This document shows positions 10,741 to 19,989 of a stretch of 64,000 nt of DNA, piece by piece. Position 1 is the first letter of the stretch. Every line of letters begins with the position of its first letter. This stretch comes from a bacterium (GTDB lineage: Bacteria > Verrucomicrobiota > Verrucomicrobiia > Limisphaerales > UBA11358): assembly GCA_021780905.1 (NCBI GenBank), contig JAJXXW010000093.1:1559-65558 (forward strand), in the 5' to 3' direction. The notes below the pieces were generated by a model. That model saw only the letters and a list, made by a program, of their open reading frames with translations. It was not told where the DNA came from and made no database searches. The position numbers and the translations under genes are program-made.

Positions 10741-11820
10741 CTATTGCCGGGGCGGGCGCGCTCCCGGTGGCCCGTTGGTGGCACTGCCGCGGCGCCGCGC
10801 GACAAAGTCGGGCGCGCCAGAGTCGGGGTTCACCGCCTGGGCAGAAGCAGCCAAGTCGGGCGGCAATTCGATCCGGCATTGACCCATTACGTAGCCCTTC
10901 TCGCTGTCGCCCAGGCCGAGATGCAAGGAGGCCGCGCACGCGCTGTTCTCCGGCTGGCTCAACACCAGCCGCAGTCCGGCGCGCTCACCGAGATCAAGTT
11001 GCTGACGGGCGGATCGGTAGCGCACGGCGAAATGGCTGTTCATGCGGCCGTTGCCCAGGACCAGGCTGTGGACTCTGAACCGCGCCGCGTTTCGCACGCC
11101 GTCCCGCAAGCCCAGAGGCGCGCCACCGCCCCCGGTGCCGTGACCGGCGAGGCGCAGCTCGGGCAACTCCTCGCTCGCACTGCCGCTGAGCACCAGATCG
11201 TCGCCCACCAGCCTTGCCCGTTTCACGGTGAAGGCCTCGCCTGCGACAACGCCCTGGGCCGGCTGCTGGGGAATGCGCGCTTCCCGTTCGTTGATCGTCC
11301 ACGCCTCGGCGGGCATTTCTCCGGCGGCCTCCGCCAGTACGTTGCCGGCCGCCGGACGCGCTGCGCCCCGTGGCGGCAAGGTGCTGGCCAGTTGTTGCGC
11401 CGTGCGCACCGTCAGCGCCGCCACGAGCGCCGTCACGACCAAGCCGACGGCGAGCAGCACGTAACCGACCACCAAACCAGCCGTCGCCAAGCCGCGTCCG
11501 CCCAGACTGGGATCGCGGCGCATTGCGCGCCGGGCCAGGTGCCCGCACACGATGCCCGGCGCACAGCCAAACGGCCCCAGGACGACGGTCGCGAGCGACA
11601 GAATCAGCGACCAGATGGCGAGCGGCGAAGTACGCGGGCGGGTCGCGCGGTTGGGCGCCTGGGGCACCCGCCGGACGGCGGGCGCCGCCGCGAGGGGACG
11701 GACCGACGCGGCGCTCGGCACGGCGAAACCTTGCCCGCAGGCAGGGCAGTTGATGGTGCGACCGGCGTAGCCAGCTTCCCCGTCCAAGTGCTGGCCGCAT
11801 TGGGGGCAGGCGAATTTCAT
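10741..11820 (-). CDS. zinc-ribbon / DUF4190-like membrane protein
   Basis: MKFACPQCGQHLDGEAGYAGRTINCPACG zinc ribbon, followed by two hydrophobic helices. ATG at 11820. Confidence 0.55.
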   Translation of the reverse strand: MKFACPQCGQHLDGEAGYAGRTINCPACGQGFAVPSAASVRPLAAAPAVRRVPQAPNRATRPRTSPLAIWSLILSLATVVLGPFGCAPGIVCGHLARRAMRRDPSLGGRGLATAGLVVGYVLLAVGLVVTALVAALTVRTAQQLASTLPPRGAARPAAGNVLAEAAGEMPAEAWTINEREARIPQQPAQGVVAGEAFTVKRARLVGDDLVLSGSASEELPELRLAGHGTGGGGAPLGLRDGVRNAARFRVHSLVLGNGRMNSHFAVRYRSARQQLDLGERAGLRLVLSQPENSACAASLHLGLGDSEKGYVMGQCRIELPPDLAASAQAVNPDSGAPDFVARRRGSATNGPPGARPPRQ

Positions 11821-12084
11821 GGGGGCGAATTGGATTGCTCCAGTGTTTGTCCCCTTGTACGCCTCCCCGGCCCTGGGCACAAGCGTAAAACGGCTTTCGC
11901 CCCCGGGTTCTTTCCCGCCCCGCGCTCGGATAACGGTTGCTTTGGGCGCACTACGGGTGGGGCTGCCTGGATTTGGCGGCCCGCTCCGTCGGATCTTCGG
12001 CCCTCCCTGAAGACGGCCTGGCGCCAGCGGGGGCGTGACCGGCTCCGTCTCGACTGGGCCGGCCCGCTTTGCTAGGTTCTCCGC

Positions 12085-13281
12085 GTGAGTTTTGTCGCCG
12101 AGTACCATTCACTGCCGCTCCCATCGTTGGTGCGGCGATCACTGTCCGCCACAACGGAGGCGGTGAGCGCGAGCCTGTCCAAGTCGAAGCTGTCGCTGGC
12201 GGATTTCCCGCACCTGATTTCCCCGGCGGCCGGCGGCTTGTTGGAGTCGCTGGGCCGGCGCGCGCACGTCTTGACGCAGCAGCGGTTCGGGAAAGTGATC
12301 CGCCTCTTCGCCCCGCTCTACCTCTCCAACGAGTGCGTCAACAACTGCACGTACTGCGGTTTCTCGCGCGACAATCCGATCCTCCGCGTGACGCTCACCG
12401 TGGACGAAGTGGTCCGGGAGGCGCGGGCGCTTCAAAACCAGGGCTTCCGCAACCTGCTCCTCGTCTCCGGCGAGCACCCGAAGTTCGTCTCCAACCACTA
12501 CCTGAAAGACTGCCTCGCCGCGCTCCATCCCGAATGGCCGGGCCTCTCACTGGAAATCAGTCCGATGGAAACCGACGATTACCGCCCGCTCGTCGCGGCC
12601 GGCGCGGACGGGTTGGTCGTTTACCAGGAGACGTACGATCGGGCCGTCTATGCCGATCTGCACACGGCCGGGCCGAAACGGGATTTCGATTGGCGCCTGG
12701 AGACCCCCGAACGCGCCTACGCGGCGGGTTTCCGCCGCCTGGGCATTGGCGCGCTCTACGGCTTGGGCGACTGGCGGGCCGAGGCAATCGGCGTGGCCGC
12801 CCACGCGGAGTATCTGCTGCGCCACTGCTGGAAGGCCTCCCTCACGATTTCGCTGCCGCGGCTGCGCCCCTGCGCCGGCGAATTCCAGCCGCTCACCCAC
12901 CTGGCCGACCGCGAACTGGTGCAACTGGTCTGCGCCTTCCGGTTGCTGTTTCCGGATGTCGGCCTGGTGCTTTCGACGCGGGAACCGGCGAAACTGCGCG
13001 ACGGGCTGATCCCGCTCGGCATCACGTTGATGAGCGCGGGCAGCCACACCGAACCGGGCGGCTACACCGGCGCGGGCCAGGAACACCTGCATCGGACGGA
13101 GCGCGGGCGCATTGTCGAACTGGGCGCCAGTGAATGGGCGGCGGCCAACGGCAACGGCCGTCACGCCACCGGCCAGTTCCACATCGCCGACGAGCGCCCG
13201 GCGCAGGAAGTGGCCGCCCACATCCGCCGCCTCGGTTACGAGCCGGTGTGGAAGGATTGGGACGCGGCCCTGACGGCGTGA
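12085..13281 (+). CDS. thiH: 2-iminoacetate synthase ThiH (radical SAM)
   Basis: CVNNCTYCGF radical-SAM cluster motif, ThiH-like length, linked to thiS. GTG start. Confidence 0.85.
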   Translation: MSFVAEYHSLPLPSLVRRSLSATTEAVSASLSKSKLSLADFPHLISPAAGGLLESLGRRAHVLTQQRFGKVIRLFAPLYLSNECVNNCTYCGFSRDNPILRVTLTVDEVVREARALQNQGFRNLLLVSGEHPKFVSNHYLKDCLAALHPEWPGLSLEISPMETDDYRPLVAAGADGLVVYQETYDRAVYADLHTAGPKRDFDWRLETPERAYAAGFRRLGIGALYGLGDWRAEAIGVAAHAEYLLRHCWKASLTISLPRLRPCAGEFQPLTHLADRELVQLVCAFRLLFPDVGLVLSTREPAKLRDGLIPLGITLMSAGSHTEPGGYTGAGQEHLHRTERGRIVELGASEWAAANGNGRHATGQFHIADERPAQEVAAHIRRLGYEPVWKDWDAALTA

Positions 13282-13282
13282 A

Positions 13283-13786
13283 ATGACAACTCTGGAGCGC
13301 TTTTCCTGGCAAGTCTTCTTTGGATTCCTGCTGCCGGTGGTTGGCGTCCAGTTGCTTTTGCCAACGCTGGCGCTTTCGGGGAACCTTCGTGGCAACAACT
13401 TTGACCGCTTCCAGTGTCGGGCCTACCTGCGAACCGCTTGGCTGGTGGCTCAAACGAATGGTCTGCAATTTGACGTGTCACACATGCCAGATCCGCTCCA
13501 GTCTGGTTTGCAGGGACTGTTAATCGGAGGCGATTGGAACTTTCTGATAAAGACCAATTTCTCCTTCAACCAAGGGCGCAAGGAGATTGTCGTTGTTCGC
13601 CAGCAACCGTCGGAAGATGTGCCACGGAGATTGTGGAACTTCTACCGACGTAACCCGGCCCATGCTGTCGGATACTCTGACGGGACTGCGGGGCTGATCT
13701 ACCCGGACGAGTTTGGACACCTGAATCTCACCGGTTTTATTCGTCTCTCAAGTTTGGTGACGAACGATTCCGTCCGACGACGTTGA
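13283..13786 (+). CDS. hypothetical protein wedged between thiH and thiS (possibly a degenerate H-X9-DG/DUF1559-like paralogue)
   Basis: Starts 1 nt after the thiH stop, and its TGA overlaps the thiS TTG. Visibly lower GC than its neighbours. ..LLLPTLALSGNLRGNNFDRFQCRAYL.. and ..NPAHAVGYSDGTAGLI.. loosely echo the pseudopilin-like proteins at 17083 and 60866. Confidence 0.45.
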   Translation: MTTLERFSWQVFFGFLLPVVGVQLLLPTLALSGNLRGNNFDRFQCRAYLRTAWLVAQTNGLQFDVSHMPDPLQSGLQGLLIGGDWNFLIKTNFSFNQGRKEIVVVRQQPSEDVPRRLWNFYRRNPAHAVGYSDGTAGLIYPDEFGHLNLTGFIRLSSLVTNDSVRRR

Positions 13787-13998
13787 CCATGAGTCCGCAA
13801 TTTATCACTGCCAACGACAAGAAAGTCGAAGCTGATCTGCCAACCACCATCGAGGGTTTTCTGGTCGCCCAGCGCCTGCTGCCCCGCAGCGTGGTGGTGG
13901 AGCACAACGGCGAGGCCGTCGCGCCGTCGGAGTTCGCCCGGCGTCCACTTCAGGCGGGCGACCGGCTGGAGATTGTCAAAATCGTCGCCGGCGGGTAA
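13783..13998 (+). CDS. thiS: sulfur carrier protein ThiS
   Basis: About 70 aa, ending ..IVKIVAGG (C-terminal GG). Alternative ATG at 13789. Confidence 0.8.
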   Translation: MTMSPQFITANDKKVEADLPTTIEGFLVAQRLLPRSVVVEHNGEAVAPSEFARRPLQAGDRLEIVKIVAGG

Positions 13999-14083
13999 GC
14001 CCAGGCAACCACCCCGGTGACGGGACCGAAATAAACTCCACCGCGTTGACGCGGCTCCGGAAGCCGCATGGACCGCGAAACGC

Positions 14084-14563
14084 TTACTGAAGTTTCGCTA
14101 GCGTGGCCTTGATCGCGTTGAAATTCGGCAGATCCTTCGGCGTCGGCGTCTGCTCGCTGTAGCGGACCACGCCGCCCTTGTCGATCACGAACGCCGCGCG
14201 GGCGCTCACCGAGCCGAGTCCCATCAGGTCGGGCAGCAGCGTGCCGTAAGCCTGCGCGGTCGTTTTGTTGAGGTCGCTGGCCAGTGTCAAGGTGATTTTC
14301 TCCTTGTGCGCCCAGGCCTCCTGGGCGAAGGGGCTATCCACGCTCACGGCGATGACCTCCGCGCCGAGGCCGGTGTAGGCGTTCAGCCCGGCAGTGACGT
14401 CGCACATTTCCTGGGTGCAAACGCCGGTGAAGGCAAGCGGGAAGAACAGGAGGACGGTGTTCTTCTTGCCGAAATGGCTGCTTAACTTCACGTCCACGAT
14501 CCCGGTTGCCTGCTTGGATTTGAGCGTGAAGTCCGGTGCTTGGGTGCCGACTGGAATGGCCAT
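14084..14563 (-). CDS. peroxiredoxin (AhpC/TSA family)
   Basis: FFPLAFTGVCTQEMC peroxidatic-Cys context; 159 aa. Confidence 0.8.
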   Translation of the reverse strand: MAIPVGTQAPDFTLKSKQATGIVDVKLSSHFGKKNTVLLFFPLAFTGVCTQEMCDVTAGLNAYTGLGAEVIAVSVDSPFAQEAWAHKEKITLTLASDLNKTTAQAYGTLLPDLMGLGSVSARAAFVIDKGGVVRYSEQTPTPKDLPNFNAIKATLAKLQ

Positions 14564-14635
14564 AATGGTTTTGCTGGTTTGGTTCAGGTTTTGGATTGGA
14601 GTTTCGTTTGTCTTTGAACGGCTGTCAAATGGCGG

Positions 14636-15109
14636 TTACAACGCCGCCAGCACTTCTTCCACATGTGCCTCGGGTTTCACCTGCGGCCAGATCTTCTTGA
14701 TCCGGCCGTCCGGCCCGATCAGGAACGTGACGCGGTGCGTGCCCTGGTAAGTGCGGCCCATGAAGGATTTTTCGCCCCACACGCCGTAAGCCGTGACGAT
14801 CCGCCGGTCTGCGTCCGCCAGGAGGGGGAACGGCAACTGGTATTTCTGCACGAACTTGTCGTGCGACTTCACCGGATCAACGCTCACCCCCAGAATGACC
14901 GCGCCCTTCCGGGCGAACTCGGCGAAATGGTCGCGGAAGGCGCACGCCTCTTTCGTGCAGCCGGGCGTGTCGTCCTTCGGGTAGAAATAGAGGACCACGT
15001 TCCGGCCCGTGAAATCGGAGAGCGACACGTTGGCGCCGGCCTGGGTGGCCGCCGAGAAGGCGGGCGCCCGGTCCCCTTCCTTGAGTTTCAAGGCCAGTGT
15101 CGTTGCCAT
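14636..15109 (-). CDS. bcp: thioredoxin-dependent peroxiredoxin Bcp
   Basis: YFYPKDDTPGCTKEACAFRD motif. ATG at 15109 (MATTLALKLKEGD); the upstream extension is Arg/Pro-rich and non-coding-like. Confidence 0.85.
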   Translation of the reverse strand: MATTLALKLKEGDRAPAFSAATQAGANVSLSDFTGRNVVLYFYPKDDTPGCTKEACAFRDHFAEFARKGAVILGVSVDPVKSHDKFVQKYQLPFPLLADADRRIVTAYGVWGEKSFMGRTYQGTHRVTFLIGPDGRIKKIWPQVKPEAHVEEVLAAL

Positions 15110-15164
15110 GGTGCGGGCAATGTTGTCTGCGCCGGACCGGCGCGCAAATGCCGCCGTGGAAGAC

Positions 15165-15764
15165 TCAACTTCGCGGCGGCGCGGCCTTGCCGGGGGAGGC
15201 CACGCTCTTCGGGCTGGTGCTGAGTTGGAGCGCGCCGTCACGCACGTACAGCAAGCCGGACACGCCGGTGCAGACCGCCGCCGCGGCGCTGAGCACCACC
15301 ATCCAGGTGCTGTGCCACTTCAGGAGCACCCAGAGCACCGCCACCATCTGCAGCACCGTCGCCACTTTACCGAGCCCACGCGGCTGGACGGTGACCTTGC
15401 CGCAAACCGAGTGGACGACGAACCAGCCGATGACCAGCAGAACGTCGCGCCCCACAATCGTCATGACCAGCCAGAGCGGCAACGGTTCCAGCCGGGGGGT
15501 GTGATCGAAACTCAGCAGCACCACGCCGGACACCAGCAGGAGTTTGTCGGCGAGCGGATCGAGGATCGTGCCCAGTTCGCTGCGCTGGTGGTAGCGGCGC
15601 GCGATGTAGCCATCCAAGGCGTCCGTCGAGGCGCACAGCGCAAAGGAGAGGACCGCGAGGAGTCGGTAGCCCTCGCCGCCGCCGTTGACGTAGTACAAGA
15701 CCACCGCGATAAAGAAAGGCACCAGCAGGATGCGCAGAATGGTGATCTTGTTGGCCGTCGTCAT
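15165..15764 (-). CDS. pgsA: CDP-diacylglycerol--glycerol-3-phosphate 3-phosphatidyltransferase
   Basis: CDP-alcohol phosphatidyltransferase motif DALDGYIARRYHQRSELGTILDPLADK. ATG at 15764. Confidence 0.8.
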   Translation of the reverse strand: MTTANKITILRILLVPFFIAVVLYYVNGGGEGYRLLAVLSFALCASTDALDGYIARRYHQRSELGTILDPLADKLLLVSGVVLLSFDHTPRLEPLPLWLVMTIVGRDVLLVIGWFVVHSVCGKVTVQPRGLGKVATVLQMVAVLWVLLKWHSTWMVVLSAAAAVCTGVSGLLYVRDGALQLSTSPKSVASPGKAAPPRS

Positions 15765-15893
15765 GCCGCCTGCCCCCCAATCTTCCGCCCGCCGGCCAAA
15801 TGTCAAACCTTCTCCGGCCAGGACGCCGGTAGGACGGAAGACCGTCTGCGCGCCGCGATGGCCGGGGCCGGCCGGCCCTCGGCGGCGTGCGGC

Positions 15894-16901
15894 TCACCGT
15901 TTCAGATAGCCGTTGCTCCGGAACCAAGCCACCGCGTCCGCCAGCGCCTGCTCGGGCGACGTCTGCGGCAGACCGAGTTCGCGGACGGCCTTGGCGGGGT
16001 TGAAGAACATTTTGTATTTCGCCATGCGCACCCCGGCCAGCGGCGCCTTGGGCGGCCGGCCGGTGAATGAGGCAACGGCTTCATTCGCGTAGGCGGCCAG
16101 CAGGGCCACCCGGTAAGGAACCCGCACATTCGGGGCGCGGACGCCCGTGAGGCGCTCCAGCACGGTGAAGGCTTCCTTCATCGTCCAGTTGCCTTGCGCG
16201 TGGCCGAGAATGTACCGCTCGCCCACCTTGCCGCGCTCCGCTGCCAGGATGTGGCCGACCGCGACGTCGCGGACGTGGACGAAGTTCAGGCCGGTGTCCA
16301 GATAGGCCGGCATCCGGCGGTTCAGGAAATCCACGATCACCTGTCCGGTCGGCGTGGGTTTCACGTCGCGCGGGCCGACCGGCGCGCTGGGATTGACGAT
16401 GACCACCGGCGCTCCCCGGCGCGCGAGGTCCAGGGCCACCTGCTCGGCCCGCCACTTGGAACGCTTGTAGTGGTTGCTCATCTGCGCCTCGGAAACCGGC
16501 GCGTTCTCGTCCGTCGGCACGACGCGGCGGTCCGTTTCCCGCGGCAGCCCGATGCAGCCGACGGTGCTCGTATAAACGATGCGCGTGCAGCCCGCCGCGG
16601 CCGCCGCTTCGATCACGTGGCGCGTGCCCTCGACATTGGCCGCGTACATCGGCCCGTAATCCCGCAGCCACAAGTGGTAACTCGCGGCGACGTGAAAACA
16701 CCACTCGCAGCCGCGCAGGGCGGCGGTGAGGCCCTCGCGGTCCGAGACGTCCCCGGTCACGGCCTCGAACTCCACCCCGCGCAAGCCGCGCCGGTCGCTG
16801 GCGGGACGCAGCAGCGCCTTCACGCGATGGCCGCGCGCCGCCAACTCCTGCGCCAGGTTCGCGCCGATGAAGCCGGAGGCGCCTGTGACAAAGCATTTCA
16901 T
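15894..16901 (-). CDS. NAD-dependent epimerase/dehydratase (dihydroflavonol-reductase/HpnA-like)
   Basis: MKCFVTGASGFIGANL Rossmann motif and YKRSK catalytic motif. ATG at 16901. Confidence 0.8.
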   Translation of the reverse strand: MKCFVTGASGFIGANLAQELAARGHRVKALLRPASDRRGLRGVEFEAVTGDVSDREGLTAALRGCEWCFHVAASYHLWLRDYGPMYAANVEGTRHVIEAAAAAGCTRIVYTSTVGCIGLPRETDRRVVPTDENAPVSEAQMSNHYKRSKWRAEQVALDLARRGAPVVIVNPSAPVGPRDVKPTPTGQVIVDFLNRRMPAYLDTGLNFVHVRDVAVGHILAAERGKVGERYILGHAQGNWTMKEAFTVLERLTGVRAPNVRVPYRVALLAAYANEAVASFTGRPPKAPLAGVRMAKYKMFFNPAKAVRELGLPQTSPEQALADAVAWFRSNGYLKR

Positions 16902-17082
16902 TGCCGTCGCCGCCCGGAGGGAAATCACCCGCCCAGGCGGACCACAGTTTCATGGCGGATCGACGCCCCCGCCAGCGAGCAAAAAATGAAAGACCCGCTC
17001 CCGGGGAGAGCGTTCACCGGCCCCGTTAAAGCTCTTGCCCGCCGGGCGGGACGGTGGTTCACTGCTGTGAGTCTTGGGAAAA

Positions 17083-17970
17083 ATGAAACTGTCTTCCCAG
17101 CAGCGGGCCGCGCGCGGGGTCCGAGGAGCCTCCGCACCGACTCAGCGCGCTCACGCCTTCACGCTGATCGAGTTGCTGGTGGTCATCGCCATCATTGCCC
17201 TGCTGGCGGCCCTGCTGTTGCCGGCGTTGTGGCGCGCCAAGGACAAAGCGCGGCAGATCGCCTGCCTGAGCAACGAGCGGCAGATCGGCTTAAAATACAT
17301 CATGAGCAAGGACGATGAGGGCAACGGCCGGCTCGACGGCTGGGGCGTCGAGGATTGGCTCGCGCGGGATCTGGGTCGAGCAGACCGCGGTTGGCTTTGC
17401 CCCAACGCTCAAGTTTCCAACGACCGGCGCGCCTTCCAGGCCTCCGATTTGCTCACTTTCGGGACCGTGGATTCTGCTTGGGAGCAGCGGAACTGGCCTA
17501 CTCTTAGCATCTATGCCACGTGGTATCCCAATATGGTCCCCGATAATCGCGCCGGCAGTTATGCGTTCAACGCTTATTTCGAACCGTTGACGCGAGCGAG
17601 CGAATTTCGTGCTCCGCCGTTCGTCAGCGAGAGCCAAATCACCCATCCGGAATTAACCCCGGTCATATCGGACGCGGTTCTCGATCACGCGATGCCCTTG
17701 GCAAACGATCCCCCGCCGCGCGATTTCTTCAATGGCATCCAGGACGGCGGGTGGGTGGGGGTCCACGGCATGTGGGAGGTGGCGACGCCGCGTCACGGTA
17801 AGCGGCCCAGCCCAGTCCCGGAAAAGTGGCCACAGAACCAGCCCTTGCCTGGAGCTTGCGACGTCTTCTTCTTCGACGGTCATGCCGAGGCGGTGAAACT
17901 GGACTTGCTCTGGCAACTTTACTGGCATGTCGGGTACGTGCCGCCGGCCAAGCGCCCCGGATTGCCCTGA
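17083..17970 (+). CDS. prepilin-type N-terminal cleavage/methylation domain protein (H-X9-DG family)
   Basis: ..[25 protein letters not shown].. N-terminus and C-terminal ..[10 protein letters not shown].. Confidence 0.8.
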   Translation: MKLSSQQRAARGVRGASAPTQRAHAFTLIELLVVIAIIALLAALLLPALWRAKDKARQIACLSNERQIGLKYIMSKDDEGNGRLDGWGVEDWLARDLGRADRGWLCPNAQVSNDRRAFQASDLLTFGTVDSAWEQRNWPTLSIYATWYPNMVPDNRAGSYAFNAYFEPLTRASEFRAPPFVSESQITHPELTPVISDAVLDHAMPLANDPPPRDFFNGIQDGGWVGVHGMWEVATPRHGKRPSPVPEKWPQNQPLPGACDVFFFDGHAEAVKLDLLWQLYWHVGYVPPAKRPGLP

Positions 17971-18094
17971 GCGGCTACAAACCCACCCCAGGGGCCGTGT
18001 GTGGATTGGCCACGAGGCCGAGAACCTGGCCACACTGCGCCGGCCCCGCGGCCCTTGACTTGTCTGCGGTTCGTGGGACTATCGCCACCGAATT

Positions 18095-18511
18095 ATGCCG
18101 GACAACAATCGTGCGCCAAAGAAGCTGTCCCCGCGCCAGCAGCAGGAACTCGATGTGGAGATCGAGTTCCTCGAAGGCCTGGTCCGCCGCGCTCCCGAAT
18201 ACGTCGAGGCCCTGCAACTGCTGGGCAACACCTACACGCGGCGCGGGCGCCCCACCGACGGCATGCGGGTGGACGAACAGTTGTCGCACCTTCAGCCCGA
18301 GAATCCGGTGGTCCATTACAACCTGGCCTGCAGTTGCGCGCTCACCGGCCAGATGGACCGGGCCGCCGGAGCGCTCCAGCGCGCTTTGGACCTGGGCTTC
18401 CACGATTTCCAATGGCTGGTCCGCGACCCTGACCTCCAGCGTCTGCGCGAGCACCCGGCTTACCAGCGCATTGCGGCCCGCCTCCGCGCGATCCAGATTC
18501 ACATCGGGTGA
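18095..18511 (+). CDS. TPR-like repeat protein
   Basis: 138-aa ORF with helical-repeat-like segments (..EALQLLGNTYTRRGR.., ..VHYNLACSCALTGQMDRAAGAL..). Occupies the 5' part of the 17826-19682 track ORF in another frame. Confidence 0.5.
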   Translation: MPDNNRAPKKLSPRQQQELDVEIEFLEGLVRRAPEYVEALQLLGNTYTRRGRPTDGMRVDEQLSHLQPENPVVHYNLACSCALTGQMDRAAGALQRALDLGFHDFQWLVRDPDLQRLREHPAYQRIAARLRAIQIHIG

Positions 18512-18548
18512 AGTCCGCCCGCGCCGGCTCGGCCCCAGTCACACCACC

Positions 18549-19682
18549 ATGAACGTCACGATCCGGGGTCGCGTGCGCCATCACCGCACCGTCACCTTTG
18601 ACGGCGCGCGCAACGCGGTCCAACTCATCGAACAGCGCCTGCTGCCCCACGAATTTCGGATCGTCGCCACGCGGGATTTCCGCGAAACCGCCGCCGCCAT
18701 CCACGACATGATTGTGCGTGGCGCGCCGGCCATCGCGGCCACCGCCGCTTACGGTCTGGCGCAGGGGGCGCGGGCCTTTCGGGAACGTGGTCTGCGCGCT
18801 TTCACCCGACACCTCGAGTCCGTTTACGAAACGCTCCAGGCTGTGCGGCCCACTGCCATCGACCCGGTCAACGCGATGGACCAGGTCCGGGCGCGGATGC
18901 AGGCGGGCGAGACGGTCGCGGAACGGCAGGCCCTGGCGTTGGCCGCGGCCGAGGATTTCGCCCAGCGCAGCGTCGAGGAATGTCGTCGGATCGGCAAGCA
19001 CAGCGCGCGGCTGATCCGGGACGGCGCCCGGGTGCTCACGCACTGCAACGCCGGCTGGCTGGCGTGCGTGGACATCGGCACCGCCACCGCGCCCATGTAT
19101 CAGGCGCAAGCGCAAGGGAGGCGTTTTCACGTATTCTGCGACGAAACGCGTCCCCGGTGCCAAGGAGCCAGCCTGACTGCCTGGGAATTGGCGCAGCAAG
19201 GGATTTCACACGAGGTCATCGCCGACAACGCCGCCGGGCACCTCATGCAACGGGGCGAAATTGACCTGGTGATCGTCGGCGCCGACCGCGTCCTGGGCCG
19301 TACCGGCGAAGTGGCGAACAAGATTGGCACCTATACCAAGGCGGTGCTCGCGCACCGGCATGGGATTCCTTTCTTTGTCGCCGTACCCCTGTCCACGCTC
19401 GACTGGCGGCTCAAATCGGGCGTTGACATTCCGATCGAGGAGCGGGATCAACGCGAAGTCCTCGGTGCGTGGGGCCTGGCACAGACGCCCAGTTCTGGGA
19501 TCCGAACTCCGAAAGGGGCGGAACGCGTGTATGTACGCGTGGCCAATCCGGGCAGCGGTGCGCGAAATCCGGCCTTCGACGTGACGCCCGGAGAATTGGT
19601 GAGAGGCATTATCACGCCGCGGGGAATTTTGGACCCCGCCGAACTCTGGCCGCGCCGGCGCGAGATGGTTCCGCGGGTCTGA
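18549..19682 (+). CDS. mtnA: S-methyl-5-thioribose-1-phosphate isomerase
   Basis: ..LIEQRLLPHE.., ..VRGAPAIAATAAYG.., ..GADRV...GEVANKIGTY.. eIF-2B/MtnA family signatures. ATG at 18549. Confidence 0.85.
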   Translation: MNVTIRGRVRHHRTVTFDGARNAVQLIEQRLLPHEFRIVATRDFRETAAAIHDMIVRGAPAIAATAAYGLAQGARAFRERGLRAFTRHLESVYETLQAVRPTAIDPVNAMDQVRARMQAGETVAERQALALAAAEDFAQRSVEECRRIGKHSARLIRDGARVLTHCNAGWLACVDIGTATAPMYQAQAQGRRFHVFCDETRPRCQGASLTAWELAQQGISHEVIADNAAGHLMQRGEIDLVIVGADRVLGRTGEVANKIGTYTKAVLAHRHGIPFFVAVPLSTLDWRLKSGVDIPIEERDQREVLGAWGLAQTPSSGIRTPKGAERVYVRVANPGSGARNPAFDVTPGELVRGIITPRGILDPAELWPRRREMVPRV

Positions 19683-19754
19683 ACCAGGGCCAGTTCGGGG
19701 CGGCGGTGAAACTTGCGCTTGGGAAGGGTGCTGACTATTCTCGTGCGGTTTGGC

Positions 19755-19829
19755 GGCGGGGTAGCCAAGTGGTAAGGCAGGGCTCTGCAAAAGCCTTATG
19801 CGTCGGTTCGATTCCGACCCTCGCCTCCA
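19755..19829 (+). tRNA. tRNA-Cys (GCA)
   Basis: Manual fold. Acceptor GGCGGGG/CCTCGCC (one G-U), U8. Anticodon stem GGGCT/AGCCT with loop CTGCAAA. T arm GTCGG-TTCGATT-CCGAC. U73 discriminator and encoded CCA. Confidence 0.9.
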
Positions 19830-19989
19830 AACCTAACCAGTTGGAACTGTAAGGTTTGGTTAGCTTCCACAGATGAGTGCCAGCGGAAGTGCCAGCAGGA
19901 TTTAACTCTGGCCTGCCCTGCGTAACTCCCACCTGCTCCCTACCGGAGTCGAGATCAACCGTCGTAAACTCATCGCTGTGAATACAGTT

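Noticed and set aside
9005-10939. 644-aa minus-strand ORF (also 6965-8278 +, 10744-12075 +, 15009-16070 +, 16194-17318 +, 43856-45487 +, 47017-48018 +)
   Set aside because: All are antisense shadows of well-supported genes (M2 peptidase, metalloprotease, zinc-ribbon protein, pgsA/epimerase, P-type ATPase, GT4). All have Arg/Gly/Pro/Ala-biased, motif-less translations.
11941-12084. Possible TPP (THI-box) riboswitch upstream of thiH
   Set aside because: Segments resemble parts of the consensus (GGGGCTGCC.., ..CCTGAAGACGGCCTGGCGCCAGCGGGGG). However, the highly conserved CUGAGA element is absent and I cannot draw the P2-P5 helices. It needs an Infernal/Rfam RF00059 scan before any call.
17826-18548. 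N-terminal 241-aa extension of the mtnA ORF
   Set aside because: Arg/Pro/Ala-rich with no similarity to MtnA. It overlaps the better-supported 18095-18511 gene in another frame. MtnA homology starts at ATG 18549.
19827-19859. Hairpin CCAAACC-N19-GGTTTGG overlapping the CCA end of tRNA-Cys
   Set aside because: It is a 7-bp stem with a 19-nt loop and no T-tract. It could be part of attL/integrase arm sites or nothing, and there is insufficient evidence for a terminator or a regulatory call.
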